From: Fimbriimonadales bacterium
GTDB taxonomy: Bacteria > Armatimonadota > Fimbriimonadia > Fimbriimonadales > ATM1
Length of the DNA stretch: 44,483 nucleotides
Reading direction: 5' to 3'
NCBI GenBank assembly: GCA_051003155.1
Contig: JBPCLO010000023.1
Span: 1 to 44,483, forward strand
The notes under the pieces are model-generated. The model did not search any database. It saw only the letters and a program-made list of their open reading frames with translations, and had not been told where the DNA came from. The first letter of the stretch is position 1. Each line of letters opens with the position of its first letter. The position numbers and the translations under genes are program-made. Below are positions 21,570 to 30,953 of the stretch, piece by piece.

Positions 21570-21697
21570 AGTACGGTTACTTTAGCAGATGCGGGCCCGG
21601 ACGGCATCCGGAATGCCGTAGTTTCCCCCTCTCCTAACCTCGACGGATCCGCATCGCTCTCTTTGCTAGCGTCGGTCGGCAAGTACGCGTGAACCTC

Positions 21698-22933
21698 CTA
21701 CCGGTCGATTTCGCCGAGGACGATGTCGATGCTGCCGATTATGGCCACCACGTCGGCGATCATGCGCCCGATGCACATCGGCTTCAGAGCTTGAAGGTTC
21801 AGGAGGCTCGGCGGGCGGACGTGCCAGCGGTAGGGGCGGTTGGAGCCGTCCGAAACGATATACCACCCGATCTCGCCTTTCGGGCCCTCGATCCCGACGT
21901 ACGATTCTCCGACGGGCGTGTGAAAACCTTCGGTCCAGAGCTTGAAGTGATGGATGAGGGCCTCCATCGAGTTGTCGAGCTCAGCGCGGGGCGGCGGCAC
22001 GATGCGCCGGTCGGCGGCAGACACCGGTCCGCCGGGGAGTCCGTCGATCGCCTGCTGAAGAATCTTTACCGACTCGAGCATCTCGGCCAGGCGAACCAGG
22101 AACCGGTCGTAAACATCGCCGTTCTGCGTCACCGGCATCGCGAAATCGTATTTCTCGTAACCCGAATACGGGTTGCTCTTGCGGAGGTCCCAGGCGATTC
22201 CGGAAGCCCGCGTCATCGGCCCCGAAAGGCCAAGATTCAGCGCGAGGTCGGCGGAAATCTTGCCGACGTTCATCGTCCGCTCTTTCCAAATCGGGTTGTC
22301 CACAAGAAGCCCTTCCACCTCCTTCAGTGCGGGCGGGAACTCCTTAAGGAACTGCCGCAGCTTCCCCTCGAAGCCGTCGGGCATGTCGGCGCGCAGCCCG
22401 CCGGGGACGATCCAACTCGGCATCATGCGAACGCCCGAGAACATTTCGAACATGTCCAGAATTTTCTCGCGCTCGCGGAAGATCCAGAAGAACGGTGTCA
22501 TCGCGCCGAGGTCAAGCGCGTGCGTTCCCAGCCAGACGCAGTGCGAGGCGATGCGGCTGAGTTCGGTGAGAATCACGCGCAGCGCCTGGCCGCGCTCGGG
22601 GATTTCGATTTGCAAAAGCTGCTCGATCGACAACGCGTGTGCGAGGTTGTTGCTGTTGGCCGCGAGGTAATCCATGCGGTCGGTCATCGTCACGCACTTC
22701 AGGTACTGCTGGTACTCGGCCTCCTTCTCCATGCCGGTGTGCAAATAGCCGATCACGCATTCCAGGTTGACGATGGTCTCGCCCTCCAGCTCGAGGATGA
22801 TGCGCAGAACGCCGTGCGTGCTTGGGTGCTGCGGCCCCATGTTCACGATCATCGTATTCTCGCCGGTCCGCTCGAAGACGGTTTCGGTGCTGGGCATGAA
22901 GGTTTGTTCCATTGATTTTTTGACGAGGCTCAC
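21698..22933 (-). CDS. nuoD: NADH-quinone oxidoreductase subunit D (start may be the ATG at 22912)
   Basis: NMGPQHPSTHGVLR, GYLHTGMEK, EGPKGE and C-terminal DIVLGEIDR. Confidence 0.96.
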   Translation of the reverse strand: MSLVKKSMEQTFMPSTETVFERTGENTMIVNMGPQHPSTHGVLRIILELEGETIVNLECVIGYLHTGMEKEAEYQQYLKCVTMTDRMDYLAANSNNLAHALSIEQLLQIEIPERGQALRVILTELSRIASHCVWLGTHALDLGAMTPFFWIFREREKILDMFEMFSGVRMMPSWIVPGGLRADMPDGFEGKLRQFLKEFPPALKEVEGLLVDNPIWKERTMNVGKISADLALNLGLSGPMTRASGIAWDLRKSNPYSGYEKYDFAMPVTQNGDVYDRFLVRLAEMLESVKILQQAIDGLPGGPVSAADRRIVPPPRAELDNSMEALIHHFKLWTEGFHTPVGESYVGIEGPKGEIGWYIVSDGSNRPYRWHVRPPSLLNLQALKPMCIGRMIADVVAIIGSIDIVLGEIDR

Positions 22934-23013
22934 TCCCCGCCGAGAGCTCAGCTCGCCTCTGCATCATACATCACGACGGCCAGCCTCGCGGTTGCGCGGA
23001 TGATCGAACTCCC

Positions 23014-24156
23014 TTGGCAAAGTCAGGCGTCCAATTGGATGTGAGTTGCCAACAGCTGGACTATTTGCCGTTCCGCAAGGCACATGATCATCCGCACGTT
23101 TTTCCCAGTGTGCTCGGTACGAGCGGGCCGTTCCTGTTCCTGAGCAATAGCCCCGAGGCCATTTTGGCCGCGGCCGATTTACCGCTCAACTTGTACAGGT
23201 GTGCGATTCCCCTCGGGATGAGCGCCCAGCCGATTCGCTGCTACATCTGGCATAAGAACAAGAGGGCGGGCGAAACAATCAACATTGGGCTAATAGCGAG
23301 TTTGGCCATCGGCTCTGGCCCCGCTGTGCTGTCCAACTTTAGAGTCGAAAAGAACGTCACGAGTGATCTCGTGACCATGGGGATCTGCACGGCGAAGGCG
23401 CAGCTGTATGGTTCATATGACGCCGTTTTCGGGACGATTCCAGTCGTAACGGATGTCGTGATAACGTCCGCCGCTGCCGCCGTGCCGCCCGAGCAAACTT
23501 TTGGGTGCGTAATCGAGTTCAACGCGGCTGCAACCACGCTTATCCCGACTACGCTGCAGCTACGAACGGCGGCTTACACGGGACCCCTTGGAGCCGTGCC
23601 CAACCAATGGACGAGCCAAATCGCCACGATCGAACGGGCACATCCGAGAGGGCATTGGCAGGCTGCGAACGCCATGTTCTCGGGCGGCACCTTCAATGCC
23701 TCCCCCTACGTCCCGCCCCAGTTTGTGCAGTTGAGGTGCTGCGACAAAGGAAAGGCCGAGGAAGCCACTTTCGGCGACGACCCGCTCAATTCTGAGGACA
23801 GCGTGAACCGCGGGCTCTATGGTGTCAACCTCACGTACCGATTCAACGTAACGAATGCCGGCAATCCCAATCCCAGCAGCGTTTGGGCGTTCCTCAAGGC
23901 GGTCAACACTGACGAGACCTATTTTGGAGCGTCGAAAGTGTCGGCTCCGGGGTCTAACCCCGACCGCGGCGTGCCGGAAATTGCACACCTCCCTGCGACC
24001 GCGCCGAATAACTTCGTGAACCTCACGGCTGTAGCTCCTGTCGTCGTTCCGGCGTACGGATCGGTGAACCTCGATGTCATCGTGGCGAACGCGGGTGCAT
24101 CGACCATGCCGTATGAGATTGTTTTATCAAAAATCAATCTGGAGATAGAGGAGTAA
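23014..24156 (+). CDS. Hypothetical beta-rich protein, weak DUF3370-like motifs (start uncertain)
   Basis: 380-aa ORF with LSNSPE and GLYGV motifs. Confidence 0.65.
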   Translation: MAKSGVQLDVSCQQLDYLPFRKAHDHPHVFPSVLGTSGPFLFLSNSPEAILAAADLPLNLYRCAIPLGMSAQPIRCYIWHKNKRAGETINIGLIASLAIGSGPAVLSNFRVEKNVTSDLVTMGICTAKAQLYGSYDAVFGTIPVVTDVVITSAAAAVPPEQTFGCVIEFNAAATTLIPTTLQLRTAAYTGPLGAVPNQWTSQIATIERAHPRGHWQAANAMFSGGTFNASPYVPPQFVQLRCCDKGKAEEATFGDDPLNSEDSVNRGLYGVNLTYRFNVTNAGNPNPSSVWAFLKAVNTDETYFGASKVSAPGSNPDRGVPEIAHLPATAPNNFVNLTAVAPVVVPAYGSVNLDVIVANAGASTMPYEIVLSKINLEIEE

Positions 24157-24160
24157 CGCA

Positions 24161-25078
24161 ATGATAAATGCCGTCATAGCATTCTCGATCTTAGTAAGTC
24201 AGAACCCTACGTATTCAGAAAGACAAATCGACAACCCCAAGCTAAAGTCCAATCTAAGACTCGCGGGGCCCTTGCACCGTTCAGATCATCATTTGTTGGT
24301 CAGCAACGACGGTAGAACCGTGTTCTCGTATGGTTCTACGCTCGATCGCTATTCGCTCACTTCCCCTTGGGCTCGTGAGGGCGAAGTCATGGTGATTTAC
24401 AAGGTAGACGGCAGGCGAACTTCGTATACGATGAGCCAAAGTTTTTACACACAAAAGTATCTGACGGGGACGTACAAGATCGGCGGGCGACAGTTGCTTG
24501 CCGGCATTGGCAAGTCGGACATATGGCTGTGGTCGTACGACGATTCGGGGACCTACCTTTCTTATGTGCGGATGGACAAGCGAGGCAGAAGGCCCAACGA
24601 CGACTATAAGTTCCCATTTCGGATGGATTACATTTACCAGGACGCCCGGCTCGCCGACGGCAGGCTATCGATCTTCGTCGTAAGGGACGTTTCGGGCTCG
24701 CGCTACCTCGATACATATCTTCTGAAGAGCAGGAAAATGGCGCGGGCTGATCGCACAAAGTTGTCCAAGGACGCGCATCCCATTGCGCACGACCCCAAAA
24801 CTCGACGGCTCGCCGGGATAATTGGCGTTAGGCGTGGGGTCGTCCTCTCGCACCCCGCAAGCGGAGCACGAAAGTCCACCGGCCCGTGGGTGGATGCACG
24901 CTACTTCTTTACCCGCGGCAAACTATACCGCCAGGGCGATGGACCGCTGATGGAGTTCAACGGAAAATCTTGGGCGCCTCATGCCGGTATCACCTTCATC
25001 GGTAAGAGCGCGAACGACCGCTACTGGCTTCTGCAGCGCGACGACGGCACGGTTTGGCTTCGAACCTATCGCAACTAG
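24161..25078 (+). CDS. Secreted hypothetical protein, probably beta-rich
   Basis: 305-aa ORF with GAGGAG RBS, 4 nt after the previous stop; signal-like N-terminus. Confidence 0.7.
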   Translation: MINAVIAFSILVSQNPTYSERQIDNPKLKSNLRLAGPLHRSDHHLLVSNDGRTVFSYGSTLDRYSLTSPWAREGEVMVIYKVDGRRTSYTMSQSFYTQKYLTGTYKIGGRQLLAGIGKSDIWLWSYDDSGTYLSYVRMDKRGRRPNDDYKFPFRMDYIYQDARLADGRLSIFVVRDVSGSRYLDTYLLKSRKMARADRTKLSKDAHPIAHDPKTRRLAGIIGVRRGVVLSHPASGARKSTGPWVDARYFFTRGKLYRQGDGPLMEFNGKSWAPHAGITFIGKSANDRYWLLQRDDGTVWLRTYRN

Positions 25079-25169
25079 ACAGCGTGCCCACAAGAGGACT
25101 TGCGCCGAGGAAAGCGATGAACCCTTATGCTCGAAGCAGCCGGGACCAACGTGCAGAGCAGCCAGGTAG

Positions 25170-25772
25170 CTACCTGCCCGAGACGTCCTCCGACCCCGTT
25201 TTGCCTTCGAAGCTCTCGCCTGCGTGCGGCATGGCGAGGTCCTCGACTGCGGGGCCTTTGAAGCCCTGCGCGAACTCCACGTCCTCGCCACCCAGCGGCA
25301 TCTCCTTTCGAAGCGGGAAGCCGACCCAGTCCTCGGGTAAGAGGAACCGCTTGAGCGAGGGGTGGCCGTCGAAGACGACGCCGAAAAGGTCCCAGACCTC
25401 TCGCTCGGAGTAGTTTGCGCCCTCGTAGATCGGGATGAGGGATGGGGTGGTCTCGCCGTCGTTTACCCCGACTTTGAGGAAGATGCGCGAGTAGTGCTTG
25501 AGCGAGAAGAGGTTGTAGACGATCTCGAACCGCTCCGGCAGGTCGCGCTCGTGCTCCCATTTGCTGTAGTCGACGCAGGTGCAGTCCGAGAACAGCTTGT
25601 ATTCGAACTCGGGGTCGTCGCGCAAGAAGAGCGCGATCTCGCGGAGGCTCTCCTTCTTGACACACAGAAACGTGTTGTCCCGGAAGGTCTTGATTCTCAA
25701 TACCGCGCCGGGGAATTTGTCCTGGATTCGGACGGCCTCGAGCCTTTCGAGGCCGTCCTTGGGCGCGGGCAC
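25170..25772 (-). CDS. nuoC: NADH-quinone oxidoreductase subunit C
   Basis: RFEIVYNLFS, EREVWDLFGVVFDGHP and GFPLRKE motifs. Confidence 0.93.
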   Translation of the reverse strand: MPAPKDGLERLEAVRIQDKFPGAVLRIKTFRDNTFLCVKKESLREIALFLRDDPEFEYKLFSDCTCVDYSKWEHERDLPERFEIVYNLFSLKHYSRIFLKVGVNDGETTPSLIPIYEGANYSEREVWDLFGVVFDGHPSLKRFLLPEDWVGFPLRKEMPLGGEDVEFAQGFKGPAVEDLAMPHAGESFEGKTGSEDVSGR

Positions 25773-26236
25773 TATCCGGGAATCCTCGCGGGTTCGGAAA
25801 GGGGTGTCGCCGTAATCTCAGGCTTCGGCTCGGGGAGCTTTGCGGGGTGGAGCGTCGCGGATTCCTCCCATTCGAGGGCTCCCGAGCGAATCACGTACGC
25901 ATCGCCCAGGAACCACAGCGCCATGTAAACCATGATCGCCCAGAAGCTGTAAAGTGCGGCCGGGTTGCCTGCGTCGAGCCATTCCTTGTACGTAGCCATC
26001 CAACTCCAGAGGAAAACGACCTCGATATCGAAAAGGATGAAGAGCATCGCCACGAGATAGAACTTGATCGGGAACCGCTCGCGGGCGGTTCCGAGCGGGG
26101 CGACGCCGCATTCGTATGGCGACTCCTTGTAGGGCGTGATTTTCTTTGGGCCGAGCAGCCATGAAAGCGCGACCATCGCTCCGGCGATCGTCGCCGCCAA
26201 GAGCAGGAGCAACAGGATAGGCAGATAGTCGCTCAT
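25772..26236 (-). CDS. nuoA: NADH-quinone oxidoreductase subunit A
   Basis: KESPYECG, FYLVAMLFILFDIE and GALEW motifs; its stop overlaps the nuoC GTG. Confidence 0.93.
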   Translation of the reverse strand: MSDYLPILLLLLLAATIAGAMVALSWLLGPKKITPYKESPYECGVAPLGTARERFPIKFYLVAMLFILFDIEVVFLWSWMATYKEWLDAGNPAALYSFWAIMVYMALWFLGDAYVIRSGALEWEESATLHPAKLPEPKPEITATPLSEPARIPG

Positions 26237-26351
26237 ATCTGATTCGAGTTTACCCAGGGGATGGCCGAAGGCGAGCCTAGGCCCCAAAACCATAAGACCT
26301 ACAAGTCCTACTTACCGATGAACCTAGCTGGGGTTTGTGCCTAGCAATTCG

Positions 26352-26822
26352 CTACCAAGTGTCGATCGTTTTGTCGTGAGACATCGTTGCCAGTTGTTCG
26401 AGGTGGTAGACGTCGTGCGAGACGAGCATGTGGGCGATGTCTGCCACCGACATCTCGCCCCGCTCGGGGTGTACCACGGTCTTGGCGAAGTCGTCTTCCG
26501 CTAGGCCCCCGAGATATTCGATGGTGGCCGCGCGCGAGTGCTTCCACGCGCCGATTCGTTCGATGGGGTTCGACGACGCATAGTCGTGGTCTATCGCCAT
26601 TTGGCCCTCGTCGTAAGCCTGGATGGCGCCGCCGGGTGTGTCCACTCCTACCTGGATCCGGGTCAGCATGATCGGCTCCCAATCTGCGAGATGGGCGACG
26701 ACCTCTTTCATCGAAAACCGGTTGGGATCGGGCCGCGCGTCGTAAACGCCGTCCGCCGCCCGTAGTTCGCGCTCGGCGAGCCGAGGCGTCATCTCGAGGG
26801 CGCGCAAGAGATAAGGGTCCAT
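26352..26822 (-). CDS. DinB/YfiT family metalloprotein
   Basis: SMKEVVAHLADWE, HPERG and HDVYHLEQL motifs. Confidence 0.85.
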   Translation of the reverse strand: MDPYLLRALEMTPRLAERELRAADGVYDARPDPNRFSMKEVVAHLADWEPIMLTRIQVGVDTPGGAIQAYDEGQMAIDHDYASSNPIERIGAWKHSRAATIEYLGGLAEDDFAKTVVHPERGEMSVADIAHMLVSHDVYHLEQLATMSHDKTIDTW

Positions 26823-27009
26823 TTTCTTAGGATACCAACTGCCCCGAGACGACTGCCGACTGCGGACTTCCGAGCCAACACTTACTTGCGACCACGCTCC
26901 GTTCGCGCGGGGTGCGCGTGTGCTGACACCGCTGGCCCCGAGTTCTTGGATCGCTCGCGCTCGATCTCAGGGATGGCCACGGCAGTCGTCATGATGACGA
27001 AACGTGACC

Positions 27010-27681
27010 CTAAACCTTTACCTTCGGCCGGATCTCGAGCCCCGCCTCCCGAAAATCGTCGATAAACCGCTGCAGCCCGGACTCGGTTAGGGGGTGGTTG
27101 AAGAGTTGGTCCATCACTTTGAACGGCATCGTGGCGATGTGTGCGCCGGCCCGTATCGAATCGACCACGTGCTGAGGGTGCCGCACGCTGGCAACCAGGA
27201 CCTCGCTATCGAAGCCGTACTTCTCGACCATCTCGACCGTCTCGGCAACTGCCGCCATTCCGTCGCCGCTGATATCGTCGACGCGCCCGACGAAGTTACT
27301 GATGAACGTTGCGCCGGCCTTGGCGGCCAGGAGGGCCTGGGTGACCGTGAACACGAGCGTAACGTTCGTCCGAATACCACGATGGGAGAGAGTTTTGACA
27401 AGGCGCACCCCGTCGCGGATCATTGGGACCTTCACCACGATCTGTTCGTGCCAGGAAGCGATCTCCTCGGCCTCCACCAACATGGTGTCGTACTCGGTGG
27501 CGACGACTTCGGCGCTAATCGCACCATGGGGAAGAAGCTCGCAGATGTCGAGCACCGTTTCCTGGAAACCGCGCCCCGACTTGGCGATCAGCGTCGGATT
27601 GGTGGTTACGCCGTCGAGAATCCCCCACTGCGCGGCCTTCTCCACCTCGCGAATATCGCCGGTATCCAGAAAAACCTTCAT
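27010..27681 (-). CDS. tal: Transaldolase / fructose-6-phosphate aldolase family
   Basis: FLDT, GVTTNPTL, VVKVP, TNVTLVF, ASVR and HPLT motifs. Confidence 0.92.
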   Translation of the reverse strand: MKVFLDTGDIREVEKAAQWGILDGVTTNPTLIAKSGRGFQETVLDICELLPHGAISAEVVATEYDTMLVEAEEIASWHEQIVVKVPMIRDGVRLVKTLSHRGIRTNVTLVFTVTQALLAAKAGATFISNFVGRVDDISGDGMAAVAETVEMVEKYGFDSEVLVASVRHPQHVVDSIRAGAHIATMPFKVMDQLFNHPLTESGLQRFIDDFREAGLEIRPKVKV

Positions 27682-27708
27682 TGACCCTATTTTACCGCCC
27701 GGCGGCGA

Positions 27709-28041
27709 TTACTCCTTGACGAACTTCGCGCCCTTGAACTGGTCATCGGGAGCAGTCAGCGTCTTGCCGCCGTCCTTGGCTTGGAGCTCGAACGGCTTGG
27801 CTTTCACCGAGCCCGACGAGTTCGGCGTCAACGTGAGCTTTTCGCCGGAAGCGCTCCAAGTACCTTCCATAGAAACCATCGCAACCTCCAGGGAGAAAGT
27901 CTTATCGCCCCTAAGGTCCAGGCTCCCCATCGAAACCTCTGCAACACCCATGTCGGCCATGGCTTTGTATTTTCCTGTATAGCTCGAGGCACATCCGGCC
28001 ACGATGGTGACAAGCGCGATTGCGGGAGTGAGGAACTTCAT
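27709..28041 (-). CDS. Small lipoprotein resembling 21150-21569
   Basis: Lipobox VAGC, TGKY and MEGTW motifs. Confidence 0.7.
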   Translation of the reverse strand: MKFLTPAIALVTIVAGCASSYTGKYKAMADMGVAEVSMGSLDLRGDKTFSLEVAMVSMEGTWSASGEKLTLTPNSSGSVKAKPFELQAKDGGKTLTAPDDQFKGAKFVKE

Positions 28042-28078
28042 TACCGTGAAGACGAGCCCCGTAAGCAACAGGTTGCGC

Positions 28079-28690
28079 CTACGCCATGCCGCGATCCAGC
28101 AAGCGGTACTGGACGGCTTCGCTCAAGTGGGTTTCGGCGATGTCCTTGTCTCCGGCCAAGTCCGCGATCGTTCGCGCAACCTTCACCGCGCGATCATAAA
28201 CGCGAGCGGATAGGCCCAACTTGCCGGCAGCAGACCGCAGGAAGTCTTTGCACCCGTCGCTTAGAGGGCAGAACTCCTTGAGCTCCCTCGTAGTCATACG
28301 GGCGTTGACTTTCGTGCCGGCGCCCGCAAATCGATCGGTCTGCATCTGACGCGCCCTTTGAACGCGACCGGCGATCGCTTCCGACGGCTCGCCGGCCTTC
28401 GCCTCGACAAGTTCGTCCTGCGTCAGGCGCGGAACCTCCACATGCAAATCGATTCTGTCGAGGAGCGGCCCGCTGATTCTGCCCAAGTACCGGCGAATCG
28501 CATCCGGACTGCACGAACACGCCTTGACGCGGTCACCGTGGAATCCGCACGGGCACGGGTTCAGCGCGCCGATCAGCATCATCTCGGCAGGGAAGTCGAG
28601 CGTCGCTTGAACCCGCGCCACGGAGACGATGCCGTCTTCCAAAGGTTGCCGCAGGCCTTCGAGGACATTGCGGTCGAATTCAGGCATCTC
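28079..28690 (-). pseudogene. comM: 3' half of an interrupted comM/yifB (Mg-chelatase-like AAA+ ATPase)
   Basis: EMPEF...LRQPLEDG, NPCPCG, ISGPLLDRID, LSAR and ARTIADL motifs; similarity stops at the Walker B (FLD|E) and no N-terminal half is in the window. Confidence 0.92.
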
Positions 28691-29160
28691 CACGATGAAT
28701 TCTTGAAACCACCGATATGACTTGACATTGAGCGAATCAATTCAGCTTTGTGACGGGTCGCTCTGGGCCGAAGTCTTACACATCGGTCGACACCATATAA
28801 TCGACCCATCGACGAGAGGGGAAACCGGTACGTGCAATTGCTTAGTGGTTACAACTCGTGGAGCTTCGAGGAAACAACAGCATTCCTTCCGGAACCTACC
28901 ACTCCGGCAGGGCTCACCGAAGTGACGCTGCACATCGAACACCCACACTCATGCTGCTCGGTCATCTCCGGTGCGGGTAGTTGAAACAGCGGATCGTTTG
29001 CCCATTCGCGTTACGGGCGAGTGATTTAGCCGGTGAACGCAAAAATATTTCCGCTTGCCGCTTTCGTTTGTTATCGGAGCCAGAGGGACACCTAGAGTCA
29101 TTCAGCTAGATGAAAAAACAAGGACCCAACATATGCTGTTGGGCCCGTTACCTACGCCTT

Positions 29161-29844
29161 CTATTTCGTGACGGTGTTGAATCGTCTTCGCACATTGATT
29201 GCTCGATGAGAAACGTTGGAGGAAAGCTCGCTGAAAGGAGCGATCCTCGCTGGCAGGCCATCTTGAGAAATCTCAATGGCGATAGGATCATTTGTCACAA
29301 AATACTGGCTGCATATTAACAAATTCGGGCCTGGCCCCATCAATTCCGGCCGGCAGTATCTGACTAGCGCTAGAATCGTCAGCGCCTCGGCAATCGTTGG
29401 ATTGTCAATGTCTGCGCAATTTGGCCATGCAGGTTTATCCTTGGACGTGTCGTACGCCACAACCAACCAGCCTAGACTCATTCGTTTGGAAAGCCAGGCT
29501 TTCATCCTTTTACGGCGTGAAGGTGGGTCTAACCACGCTGAAACGTGATTGCGGTTCGAGTGAAAGTACTCGAGAAAATCGTTTCCTGAAAGCGGAAAGA
29601 TCGGAATCAGAATTTCAGATCCATCTGCTCCGGTCACACCTTGAACCATCGGAGCGACCTTGGACAAGTCGGCCACATCTTGTTCGGTCGGCAAATAGTT
29701 GAGCGCCGAAGCTGCTTCATCTATCGAGATGAGCCCTCGACCGAATACCTGAATGAAGGAGATCGTCCTCCCCAAAAGACCATGTCGATGAATGCGGCCA
29801 TTGATACAGCTCAATAGCTCGGATGGGAAAGTTCCGGGTTGCAT
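29161..29844 (-). CDS. Hypothetical protein
   Basis: 227-aa ORF co-oriented with the upstream operon; no recognised motif. Confidence 0.55.
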   Translation of the reverse strand: MQPGTFPSELLSCINGRIHRHGLLGRTISFIQVFGRGLISIDEAASALNYLPTEQDVADLSKVAPMVQGVTGADGSEILIPIFPLSGNDFLEYFHSNRNHVSAWLDPPSRRKRMKAWLSKRMSLGWLVVAYDTSKDKPAWPNCADIDNPTIAEALTILALVRYCRPELMGPGPNLLICSQYFVTNDPIAIEISQDGLPARIAPFSELSSNVSHRAINVRRRFNTVTK

Positions 29845-30053
29845 TGATAACTCCTTTTAACGCGCACGGCAAATTTGCAATTTGTAGGTGCGGACGTAGC
29901 CACTTGTACAATCGCGAAAGTGCTGCGTTCGCTTTCGATTTTAAGCCCTCGACTTCGATTGTGCAACCCATACACGGCGGACTTGTTCGTTCCAATTCGA
30001 ACGATCACATTTTGTAGCGCCGATCTAATACCCATTTATGGCGTCCAGGCCAC

Positions 30054-30953
30054 CTATGTCGGGACGCTGAAGGTAACAAGTATTAACCTGTGGAGTGTAT
30101 GCGGCTCGCCTTGGGCGACGCATTCGCACGCAGACAAATACTCACGGGTTTTTCGCGATCTCGTATCGAATACTTGGATCGACTCTTTGACAGCAACCGG
30201 AACTAAGGCTGGCATGGTATGAAATCGCTCAGAAATCGATTTCATACCAACTGACGAAATTCGCCTTTGGCTAGGTATGAACCACGGCTTTGGCAAGCAA
30301 ACGGTCGCGAGTCGGGGGGCAAGCTCTCCTCTGGATTTCGCTCCGCGACCCTCGATTACCACGACCGCACCGTTGCACAACGAAACAACCCCGTGAGTTT
30401 CAGCGTCGGCTAGCCGACCTAGAAAGCACCGAAAGCTGACCCTGCACCTCGCTGCAAACTGGTTTATCCAGGAGGACGTTAATTCAATTACCTTTCCTTC
30501 GCCTAACTGACCCAGAACACCGTCGGGTACCAGTAGATTGGCGGCGAAACTGTTGCAAATTGTTCGCAGATCCTTCGGAGACGGTTCGGGAGCAATCCTA
30601 ACCATGGATGAGCGAAGTAACGCTGCATGGCCAAGCTCATGGGCCAATGAAAACCGATCGAAATGCCTGGTTGTGGCACGCCAGCCTCGATATAACTGAT
30701 CGTTTTCTGAGACAACATTATCTAAAAGCAACTGTTCGCTTTCCCAGAGAAGGCCGCGCGCGACTTGAGATGGGTCTCGCTCTATACTTACGTTCAGAGC
30801 CTTTGCGATGGGCTCAAACGGAATCGGGCAGGGCAACTTGTGCATGCCAAAGGCTCTGTGTAAAGCATCGTTCGCGAGGTTACGACCGACTTCCCGTGGG
30901 TTGCTGCTTGTTTGGCTTGGCGTCAAGAACGGTTCTTCCATACAATATCCCAA
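30054..30953 (-). CDS. ImmA/IrrE (peptidase M78-like) HExxH protein with C-terminal extension
   Basis: IAKALNV, RFSLAHELGH and CNSFAANLLVP motifs. Confidence 0.82.
   Translation of the reverse strand: MGYCMEEPFLTPSQTSSNPREVGRNLANDALHRAFGMHKLPCPIPFEPIAKALNVSIERDPSQVARGLLWESEQLLLDNVVSENDQLYRGWRATTRHFDRFSLAHELGHAALLRSSMVRIAPEPSPKDLRTICNSFAANLLVPDGVLGQLGEGKVIELTSSWINQFAARCRVSFRCFLGRLADAETHGVVSLCNGAVVVIEGRGAKSRGELAPRLATVCLPKPWFIPSQRRISSVGMKSISERFHTMPALVPVAVKESIQVFDTRSRKTREYLSACECVAQGEPHTLHRLILVTFSVPT

Noticed and set aside
21601..21619. Hairpin ACGGCAT-CCGGA-ATGCCGT downstream of nuoD as a terminator
   Set aside because: No U-tract on the nuoD strand, so it is not supportable as an intrinsic terminator
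21689..22915. 408-aa plus-strand ORF, and similar long ORFs such as 10412-11578 and 16958-17641
   Set aside because: Antisense or alternate-frame shadows of high-GC core genes (nuoD, liuB, lepA)
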